In this document: positions 53,932 to 64,000 of the stretch, one piece after another
How the letters are laid out: the number at the start of each line of letters is the position of its first letter
Numbering within the stretch: position 1 is the stretch's first letter
NCBI RefSeq assembly: GCF_001194135.2
Contig: NC_068984.1
Span: 67,918,554-67,982,553 of the forward strand
Direction: 5' to 3'
DNA from: Octopus bimaculoides
Lineage: Eukaryota
Length of the DNA stretch: 64,000 nt
Notes under the pieces: model-generated
Databases searched by the model: none
Told to the model about the DNA's origin: nothing
The model's input: only the letters and a program-made list of their open reading frames with translations
Position numbers and translations under genes: made by a program

Positions 53932-54314
53932 TTATAGATGCAGCTCTTTATTGTCCGAGTTGCATGTAAGTAACTTGAACACTACACAATAAATGAGTAC
54001 CTCATTCTTTCACAACACTGAGTCTATAAGAGCTCACACATCACAACTCATGAACGCTATACCCAGTAACCCTACTATATACTACAATTCTTCAAGTTAA
54101 TCCCCTATTAAACTCAAGGTGTCATCTTACTGAACCCAACTTTTTCACCTTTCTTGGTATGGTTGATGTAATTGGTACCAGTAATACATTCAGTTGTACT
54201 AAAATGACTAAGACAAGAATCTGTTATATGTACTAACATGGAGAAAACAGCAATATAGACAATATTCTATCATTATTGTTAGAACATATTTAAATAATGA
54301 TAAGTGTCAATCTC

Positions 54315-54619
54315 TGTGGAGGGAACCTGTGGTAGGGTTTGACTCAGGAAGACCTGGGACAAGGTAGTGAAAACTGATCTTCAGATGATGGGTTTCACAG
54401 ATGGTGCCGGTGACACATAACAGGCACCCAGGCTGTTGACACATAAAAAGCATCCACTACACTCTGTGGAGAGGTTGGCATTAGGAAGGGTATCCTGTTA
54501 TAGAAATCAAGCCAAAACAAATTGGAGCCCTCTGTAGTTCTCTGGCTTACCAGCTCCAGTCAAACACTTTTTACCAATGCTAGTGTGAAAAACAGACACT
54601 AAATGATGATGATGATGAT
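54315..54619 (+). mobile_element. RTE LINE 3' fragment
   Basis: tgtggagggaacctgtggtagggtttgactcaggaagacctgggac aligns with 49868; (GAT)n tail. Confidence 0.85.
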
Positions 54620-54660
54620 TTTGATAATAGATTATGTTCTACATTGTAATAAAATATATT

Positions 54661-54888
54661 TTAACCCTTTTGTTACTGTATTTATTTGGAGATGCTCTGT
54701 GTTTCTTTCAATTACTTTAAATATAACAAAACATTTAGTAAAATAACTTAGTTCTTATTCAGCTAGTGTTAGGAACATAAATTGTGACTAAGGTTTGGTG
54801 GAAGATTTTAATTTAAAAATTATGAAAATAAGACATTTGTACTCAGAACTAGAGCCGGTTTCAGCCGGGTTGGTAATGAAAGGGTTAA
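54661..54888. mobile_element. piggyBac-type MITE with TTAA target sites
   Basis: TTAA-cccttttgttac ... gtaatgaaaggg-TTAA. Confidence 0.85.
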
Positions 54889-55100
54889 AGTGGTGAGCTG
54901 GCAGAATCATTAGCATGCAAGACAAAATGCTTAGTGGCATTTCATCTGCCTTTATGTTCTGTGTTCAAATTCTACCGAGATCAACTTGCTTTTTACCCTT
55001 TGGGGTCAATAAATTAAGTACTAGTCAAGCACTGGGAGTTGATAGAATTGATTTGACCCCTCTCCCAAAACTTCAGACCTTGTACTTATAGTAGAAAGAA
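54889..55100 (+). mobile_element. SINE family B, CpG-depleted
   Basis: gtggtgagctggcagaatcattagc...gtagaaagaatt. Confidence 0.85.
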
Positions 55101-55164
55101 TTTAGATATATTTTAATCTTTTTATTAACTTAGATGTGAAGTCCAGCTGACTCATAATTCAGAG

Positions 55165-55690
55165 GTGTAGGTATGGCTATAAGTGCAGGTACACATGTGT
55201 AGCAACAGAGTTTGTTTTATAACTACATGGATTTAAGTTCCATCTCACTGTGACACCATGGGTAATTAAGTACCAAAAATAAAAGAAAGTGTATTGAAAT
55301 TCATTATGAGTGTTTGTATGTGTGTGTGCATTTCTGTGTGTGTGTGTGTGTGTGTGTGATTGTGTGAGTGCATGTGTGTGTGTGTGTGTGTATGCATATA
55401 TGCACATGTATCTATTCCTATGAATGTTGAGATTGCATGGCTTAGCATGTCACCACTGAGAAAAACAGTGATAGGATGTGTTTTAGTCTCTGTTGGCAAT
55501 ATATCTTGTTACCCTAGGTAGACTTTCGAAGATGAGTGACATTAAAATTTAAAAAAAAAAACATTCCTTTATTGTGACAAAGAAAAGCGTTGATGACAGG
55601 AAAGATATCCATCTGTAAAAAGCTGCCTCAAGAAAATCTCTGCTCAACCATACAAGCACAAAAAAAGAAAAAACAGATGTAAAATGAAGA
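55165..55690 (+). mobile_element. Old SINE with family A head and RTE-like tail
   Basis: Degenerate head (aactacatggatttaagttccatctcactg) and tail (gatgacaggaaagatatccatctgtaaaaa...caaccatacaagca). Confidence 0.5.
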
Positions 55691-56239
55691 AACAATTGGA
55701 GGGTAACATAAAGCACAAGAACTTTTCATGAAAACTTGAAAGCTTATCTTCATAAGCATTTCTATGAAATCTGCAAAGTTACATATAAAGTTACGGCAGG
55801 CCTTTGACTGTCATATGTCAGGTATTACCCTGCTTTATTTATCTTTTTTTTTATGCCAGTATGTGTGTGTGTGTGTGTGTGTGTATTTCTTATTTTAGCC
55901 GAACCCATTTGTACTTGAGAAAGGCATGAACATCAATAATTCCGATTGCATTTTTCTTCTGCTGCCTTATAGTAAACAATATGCATAAGCTGTTTTACTT
56001 TATATTATTATAACAATGTCTGTTGTCATAATATATATGAGGTTTCTTTGCATTAATATTTAGTATGAAATGATATAGGAATACATTTCCTTTCCAAGCT
56101 TATGAAATTCAATTTTCCAAATGTGCAGTAAGAGGAGAAAAAAAAATTATTACAATCTTAGAGATGTATTACTTAATTTTGCTTATATTATTTCAGGAAC
56201 TGAAATGTGAGTAATGCATTATTACAGCTAACAACAGGA

Positions 56240-56281
<42 letters not shown>

Positions 56282-57144
56282 CATATCTATCTTTCTATCT
56301 TTCTTTCTATATATATATATAAATATATAAACATATAAACAGATATATATTTACACACATACACACAGATGTATTTATAACATACAGACACATGCATAAA
56401 ATATATAGGATATTAAAAAATGTTATTTCTCATGGTGTTATTCATAATAATATCCAGTAGAGGAATGAAGGGAAACAACAATTTGTATAACTTGGGTTTC
56501 CTTAATATTCATTCCTCTCATTGGCACAAATCACTTAAGTGCGCTGTACTTACAAGAATAGAGAGAACTTTGTTGAAAGTTAAAGAAGAATTCATATTCC
56601 TATCTATGTATTCATATATCTATGTAAGTATGTATGTATCTATCTACACATACATACATACATACATACATACATACATACATACACACATACATATGTA
56701 TGGGGGCACATTCACATGAAATAAGAAGTTGGTAAGAAAAGTCCATATGAATATAACCTGAGGAAACAATGTCATTATATTATATTATTATTATACACAC
56801 ACACATGTATATAAAAATAAATACATGAATATAATCAGTCAGGTTCCAAAAATGAAGCAACACAGAATAGAGAGGAATGGTAATATACTGTTCTGCTGAC
56901 ATATCATAGTAATGTCATCATAGTAATGTCATCATAGAAGAGATCTGTTGAAACTACAACTACATATCAACAAGAATAGGATATCAATGATAATTATATC
57001 CACAAATAAATATTACAATCCTAGAGATGTATTATTCACACATATTCATATATACATATATATATAGATATATTAGATAATAAAATGAATGGTTTATACT
57101 TGGTGGTTTCTTGGTAAAAGCACAGTCACTTCATAGTGTTCATT

Positions 57145-57920
57145 GACAGAATATGGAAGATACGAAAATTTTTATTAATCACTACAATTGTTTCAACACA
57201 TCTAGCATTGATCCCTCACAGGTGGGATTCTGAACAACTGATTCAGGAGCACTTGACGGTGCAGATGTGTCTCTTTGGGTGATAAACAGATATAACTCAT
57301 TGAAATAACTGTTCCACTATGTATCTTCTCATTTTGTATAAAGAAAAGCAGCAAATTAAAGGATACAGCTTCATTAATATAGACGATCAATAATAAAATA
57401 ACAGATACAAAAAAAAACAAACACTCAATACAGCAAAAAATGTATTAAGAATAACTGTTAATGAATATGGATGAATAAACTCCCTCGCATACATTGTATG
57501 AAACATGTACACTCACTCATACGAGCATCAACGAAAATGCAAGCATACATACACATGTGGTTTGGTGCACATACATTCACATAGTGAGTTAGATAGCTAC
57601 TTGGTGTTTATAAGAATGGGGAGGTTAAAGCTTAACTTAATTCATACATACCTTAAAGTAAATTATGTTAACAGTTACTTAAATTCATTCCCACAGCTAT
57701 ATCCTTTAATCTGCTGCTTTTCTTTACATGAAATGAAAAAATACATTGCAGAACTGTGTTTTTCAGGAGTTATATCTATTTATTCCCTGAAGAGACATAT
57801 CTGAACTGTCAGAGGCTCCTGAACTAGTTGTCAAATATCTCATCTATGAGGGATAAAGGCTAGGTGCATTGAAACAATTGTCGTGATTAATAAAAATTCT
57901 TGTATCTTCCATCTTCTGTC
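57145..57920. repeat. Diverged ~225-bp inverted repeat (57145-57370 / 57695-57920)
   Basis: Reverse complement of the left arm aligns with the right arm, e.g. atcctttaatttgctgcttttcttta, gagttatatct, gctcctgaa, ttgaaacaattgtagtgattaataaaaatt. Confidence 0.9.
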
Positions 57921-57934
57921 TCATTTACCATGTA

Positions 57935-57970
<36 letters not shown>

Positions 57971-57975
<5 letters not shown>

Positions 57976-58200
57976 TCATCATCGTCATCATCACCACCGT
58001 CATCATCGTTTAACGCCTGTCTTCCATACTGGCATGGGTTGAATGGTTTGACAGGAGGTGGTAAGCCTAGGGTCTGCACCAAACTCAGTTACTTGCTTGG
58101 GCATGGTTTTTACAACTGAAAGCCCCTCCTGACACCAGTCACTTTACAACGCAGACTGGGTGCTTTTTATGTGGCACCAGTACTAGCAAGTTCACCATAT
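57971..58200 (-). mobile_element. RTE-type 3' end
   Basis: (CAT)n, then cgtttaacgcctgtcttccatactggcatggg. Confidence 0.85.
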
Positions 58201-58267
58201 AACTAACTTGCATATAACTTGTATATATATATAGGTGTGTGTGTGTGTGTGTGTGTACAGATATACA

Positions 58268-58305
<38 letters not shown>

Positions 58306-58389
58306 TATATATATATGTATATATACATATATGGGAGAATGTACAAAAAAAAACAACAGACGAGGACAGGTGGTGTAAACGACAAAAGG

Positions 58390-58450
<61 letters not shown>

Positions 58451-58669
58451 CTTATATTATATTATATTAGAATTAAGAACTTATATGGAAGCAATAATTC
58501 TCAAAATGCAGAAAAAGGAAAGATCACACTAGACTGTGTCAACTTCGATCCACTAAAAAGATGATATAGTCACAGACAATGGCTCTCATCCCAGGTTTTC
58601 TGAATTAAGTCTAACTTAGGACTATACAACAAAAGCTTCTAATATTATTTTAACATCCACATTTCCTAC

Positions 58670-59070
58670 AGGCGTAGGAGTGGTTGTGTGGTAAGTGGCT
58701 TGCTTACCAACCACATGGTTCTGGGTTCAGTCCCACTGCGTGGCACCTTGGGCAAGTGTCTTCTACTATAGCCTCGAGCTGATCAAAGCCTTGTGAGTGG
58801 ATTTGGTAGATGGAAACTGAAAGAATCCCGTCGTATATATGTGTGTGTGTGTTTTTGTGTCTGTGTTTGTCCCCCCAACATCGCTTGACAACCGATGCTG
58901 GTGTGTTTACTTCCCCATTACTTAGCAGTTCGGCAAAAGAGACCGATAGAATAAGTACTAGGCTTACAAAGAATAAGTCCTGGGGTCCATTTGCTCGACT
59001 AAAGGTGGTGCTCCAGCATGGCCACAGTCAAAATGACTGAAACAAGTAAAAGAGTAAAAGAGTAAAGAGT
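58670..59070 (+). mobile_element. SINE family A, full length and young
   Basis: Complete head, CORE-like segment, body and gagtaaaa tail; most CpGs retained. Confidence 0.95.
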
Positions 59071-59306
59071 ATTTCCATGCAATATAAGAATTGGTCAAAC
59101 CAACAAACTTCCCTCTCTCTTTCATCTTTTATTATTTCAAACTCTACCTGAAATGTTGCTTATTGTTCTTCTAGTGTAACATTAATCTCAGATAATTTTT
59201 ATAATCTGTCTGCACCAGAAGGTGTTGATTCTTGTGTAATTGTTTAGCCTTTCATAGTAGTCAATATTTTCATGACATTTAACATATATTTCATTATCAT
59301 ATTTTT

Positions 59307-59535
59307 TTAACCTGTTTGTTGCCATATTTCTATTAAGATAAATTATCTTTGCTTCAATTAAATTTGAAAATAATGAAAAATTATAGTAAAATAACTTTGT
59401 TATTATTAAGCTGGTGTTTTGAACCTAAACAAATATGAAATGTTGATGGAAGGTTTAATTCAGTTCACTTTAAACAGGAAGTTGATATTATAGAACAAGG
59501 GGCAGTCTTAGATGGTTTGGTATCAAAAGGCTTAA
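59307..59535. mobile_element. piggyBac-type MITE, diverged
   Basis: TTAA-cctgtttgttgcc ... ggtatcaaaaggc-TTAA; internal similarity to 54661 (tagtaaaataact, gctggtgtt, gatggaagg). Confidence 0.7.
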
Positions 59536-61130
59536 CCTATATAAATGTCCTATATTTATTATCTACATCATGTTGTCATGGCATATCCTAAAATTTATAT
59601 ATTTAGAAAAATTAATTATATTTTGTAAAGGAAAATACATATTAGCTCCTTTTGACACAGGAAAGCAATCTCTCTTCTATAATGTCTAGCTGTGTTGGCT
59701 CTGTTACCATTTGATGCATAAACATCATTGCTAAGATAACCTTGGTGACAACATTTATCAGTTACTTCAAATTACTGCTGTAAACAGTATTAAAATTCAA
59801 AGTAAATATCATTAAATATTCATTCAACAAAAGTATCTATATTAGCTGAATCCTTGCTAATTCTTTATTCCTTTTCAAAGTATTCAAAGCAGCAATTACA
59901 TTCAAGTAAGAGAAACAGTGGTGAAACAGGATTAAAGTTGTGACTCATTAATTAGTCCCTCACCACTAAGAATACAGAAATGAACAAGTACTAGATGACA
60001 GCCAACAACTTCAAATGGAATCAGTATTCTAATTACAAAAGACGTTGCTCTGACTTCTTTCAGAACTAAACAACTCCAGCATAAAATTGATTTGACCAAT
60101 TAAGCAAATTATCCTTATGGGAAGACACATCCTTTAATGAGCACACCATATCCATTGATTTAACTTTTTCAAATTTCTTTCCTTTCTGCATACTGAAGAA
60201 GTGATACTTCAAATTTTCAAATTCTCTGTCACATATATTGTCAGTTCTGCCATGTTAACAGCATTTCAGGTTTCTCTTAGCCATGTATTTGGGTACAATA
60301 AATTTTTCAGAAGATATGAAACATAATTGTACTTCGGGAAGTTATGAGAATTTAATGAGACCTGGTCTTATGAAAGCTATCTTACATATTAATCAAGAAA
60401 TGGTTTAGAGAACTTCAGATATTCCCCAAACAACAATCAAATAAAAGCAATGCTCTGATGGACAGATTACAAAAGTTTGATGCAGACAATATTGATCTTG
60501 TGATCTTAATTAATTACCTTGAGTACACAGTTGCACAACATAACATAATATTGTCATATTAATTTTTAATTTTAGAAGATTATAAGTGATCAAAGTGAGA
60601 AAATTTCTGCCAATATGTAAATTAGATTGGTGTAAAAAACAGAAAAAAAGACGATTATAAAATGATTTCGATTAACTTGTGTTAAAGTATTGCAATTAAG
60701 AATGTGTTACTGCTCAGGAGATCATCTCTGTTATAGCTAACTTGACTTTTTATGAAAACAATGACCAATACCCACATTACATGCCATCCAGTGAGAATAT
60801 AGATCAATGATGAGGATAACATTTATTCTGCATTCAAAGTTTGGAGTAGTCTTATAAATAAAGTATACTAATTAAATCTTGGTGATAATCCATGAAATTG
60901 GACCAAACCGTCAACAGTAAAGTTTAAAATCGTTCCTAAAATTCTTTTAATTCTATTAATTGACACTCAGCACAATTCAGGTGTGTTTATTTTAGATTGA
61001 TTTATCATGAATTATGTATAAGTAACTTATGGTATTTCTATTACTCAACAGAAATTTATCTCACTATAAATAAACATGAGTGTATTGTGAAATATGCTTA
61101 ACAACTTACTATTATTTTTTATTATTATTA

Positions 61131-61810
61131 AGGCAGCAAGCTGGTAGAATCGTTAGTATGACAGGCAAAAGGGTTAGTGGCCTTTCATCCATCTTCAGGT
61201 TCTGAGTTCAAATTTTGCTGAGGTCTACTTTGCCTTTCATCATTTCAAGGTGGATAAAATAAATACCAGTTGGGAACCAGGGTCCATGTAATCTACTTAG
61301 CCTCATCCCTGAACTTACTGGCATTGTGCCGAAATTTGAAACCCTTATTATCATCATTATTATTATTAAGGCAGTGAGCTGGCAGAATCATTGGCAGGCC
61401 AGGCAAAATGCTTAACAGCATTTTGTCAGTCTTCACGTTGAGTTGAAATTCCGCCGATGTCGATTTTGCCTTTCATCCATTTGGGTCAATAAATTAGGTA
61501 CTAGAAGGCGGCGAGCTTACACAAACTTTAGCATACTGGGTGAAATGCTTAGCGGTATTTCACCTTTCTTTACGTTCTGAGTTCAAATTCCGCTGAGATT
61601 GACTCTGCCCTTCATCCTTTCGGGGTCGATAAATTAAGTACCAGTTGTGTCCTGGCATTGATCTAATCAACCAGCTCCCTCCCCCAAAATTTCAGGCCTT
61701 GTGCCTAGAGTAGAAAAGAATAATTTAAGTACCAGTGAAACATTGGGGGTTGACGTAATCAACTAGTCCCCTCCCCACAAATTTCAGGCCTTGTGCATTT
61801 AGTAGAAAGG

Positions 61811-61862
<52 letters not shown>
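61131..61862 (+). mobile_element. Head-to-tail stack of four SINE family B copies ending in (ATT)n
   Basis: Copies start at ~61131, 61369 and 61506; a 3' half starts at ~61721. Confidence 0.9.
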
Positions 61863-62039
61863 TTTTTTTCATTGTTGTCTTTGCTTTGTTTTATATATGT
61901 TGTTTCAAATTGCACTCAGACACTTCAAGAAACAGCAAGTTGAATGTTTTACTATGGGTGGGTGTTATATATGAGCAGCAATCATATATTTCAGGAAAAG
62001 CAGACCAAATATAGAAAATTAAGGTTTTTGTTAAAAGTC

Positions 62040-62560
62040 AGTGCCAATATTTCCAATTTTCAAAGATTTTAAAACATTTAAATATTCTCAGGATTTCAGT
62101 GATTTTATTAAGATGCTTTTCTTAAAATTGTTGTTGTAGTTTGGATATTTCTGGGTTTTCTAGTTTTTGACCATAGTACCATTTGGCATTATTCCCAAAG
62201 AGACAATGATCACAGGTACAGTTGTTGTTGTACTTAGATGCCATATTTTTTTTACCTCTACTTCAAAGTCTTTGAAGGTCAACAAAAAAAAAAACTGACC
62301 TTGTCAGAGAACAAGAATAATTATTGCAAGGCTCTAATGATTCTGCTAATTAACCACCTTGAAGACTTATTACCCAAGATTTTTTTTAATGCAAGTCATA
62401 TGATAATCCTTATAGATAACAGTCTTTACATTTTCTTGTACATTTTATCATTTCAACACCTATTCCCAAGTATTGTCTTTGATTGGTCAAATCTATTAAG
62501 TTGTGTTTGCTCTCACCATTACTGCACCATTATCAAGCGATAATTCAATCAGATTAAGTA
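62040..62560 (-). mobile_element. R4/Dong-type LINE remnant (RLE C-terminus)
   Basis: Minus frame DFEVEVKKIWHLSTTTTVPVIIVSLGIMP resembles the EIKRMW...PV.IGALG.VP end of RLE domains. Confidence 0.55.
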
Positions 62561-62989
62561 ATCTTAATGGAAAAGTATGGATAAGGATAGTTAAAATTAG
62601 CAGCTTCAATCAGATGTTGAGCATTGTAGACAGAAACAGACTATTTATATAGATAGTGAAAATATTCTACGAAAGATGTTTTTTTATTATATCAGTACTT
62701 TTTTCTCCCAGAGCAGGAGAAATTTATAATTCAAAGTTCAACTAGAAATATCTGAATAGATAGATCATTTTATCGTCTATTTAACTGCAGTTCAGCATTT
62801 CTTATGATTCAATGGTTTGGTAGAATTGTTAGAGAATTTGACAAAACACCATATTGTATTTGATCTGGATATTTACATTCTGAGTTCAAATCTTTTGGAG
62901 GTCAATAAAATAAAGTATAAGTCAAGTACTTAGTTGAAGGAATGGGCTAGTCTCCTCTCCTTAAATACTGCTGACCTTGTGGCTAAATT

Positions 62990-63215
62990 ATGTTCGGGTG
63001 TTGGACTCATGATCATAAAATTGTGATTTCAATTCCTGGACCAGGCAACACGTTGTGCCCTTGAGCAAAACACTTCATTTCACATTGCTCCAGTCCAATC
63101 AACTGGCAAAAATTAATAATCCTGCAACAGACAGGTGTCTTATCCAGGTGGGTAATTTATAAGCCATGGAAACTGGCAAACTGACCCTATAGGCCTCTAT
63201 GACTCAAGAAAGAAT
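62990..63215 (+). mobile_element. tRNA-headed SINE with a Meta-domain-like central region
   Basis: cctgcaacagacaggtgtcttatccaggtggg...gccatggaaactggcaaactg resembles the MetaSINE cctgcgatggactagcatcccatccaggggg...gaaaccgg motif as recalled. Confidence 0.5.
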
Positions 63216-64000
63216 TATCAAGTTCTTGATCATTTACAGTAGCAAGGTGTCAAACAAGACTAGCTAATAGGACATATAGCGTGATAGGCAGGTTAATTGA
63301 TCCCATAGTTTGGTTTTACTAAATCTCTTTAAAAGAATCAATTAAGGTTGTGTTAGCAACAAATGCCAGGAAACAAGCACCTTTGATCATTAATATAGAA
63401 GACTGAAATAGCGATGGTGCTTCTATGTAGTCATTCTACTTGCTAGCAATAGTCACCAAGTCTTCCTCATATCATGCCCCACAGTCATAGAAAATGACAT
63501 ACTACTTAATGTGGTATTGATGTCCTGGAACATAGAATAAAGACTAGACAGTCATGGAGGGAAGACTTTTGATGAATAGTCTGCTCAATCAGGATCTATC
63601 TATGCCAATACAACAACTACTACTACTTGTATAGGGGGAACATTTTCAGTTGGATCACTTCCTGTTCATGCTTGCTGTGAATATTCTAATGACCTTCATT
63701 TGAGCACAGAACTGAGATGACACTAAATTATAATAAACCATTTAGTCTATTACTCTGCAGCTTCTTCCACTGTTATCAGTTCGTATATGGCTTTAAATAT
63801 TTAGCTTATACAACTACCTTACCTTTATATCATATCACAGATTCCCATAACCATCTTAGGCATAAGAATTCAATACTAATCCAATAAGGTATAGTTTCAT
63901 TTAGAATGTCATTTTCTTAGCAATCTAAATTTATCACCTTGTGTGTCTGTGCATCTGTCTATCTAAGACACATATGCCAACACCCTCACACAGATATATA

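Overview
AT-rich eukaryotic genomic DNA, not prokaryotic: no operons, rRNA, CRISPR or intact tRNA genes. The repeat repertoire points to a coleoid cephalopod, most likely Octopus (inference from sequence recognition). It has dense (TA)n/(CA)n/(TACA)n/(GA)n microsatellites, several tRNA-headed SINE families, RTE and R4/Dong LINE debris, Tc1/mariner, hAT, piggyBac and Merlin-like remnants, and Penelope-like UTR fragments. Twelve N gaps interrupt the scaffold (3395-3404, 6321-6517, 7423-7432, 13211-13828, 20205-20609, 27199-27844, 30925-31396, 38598-38607, 42242-42333, 46505-46772, 50329-50370, 52401-52518). Nearly all ORFs in the supplied track are microsatellite or gap artefacts, and no named host gene could be recognised. 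CpG is common in the first ~45.5 kb and visibly depleted afterwards, consistent with a methylated gene body. A speculative plus-strand micro-exon chain ending in a well-formed terminal exon (51727-51760) lies in that region. The most interesting unexplained signals are four to five degenerate hammerhead-ribozyme motifs of the Penelope type, an inverted duplication that copies a hAT end together with its flank, several long hairpins, a Merlin-like non-autonomous element, and a minisatellite born inside a SINE. All calls are by eye and coordinates of degraded elements are approximate.
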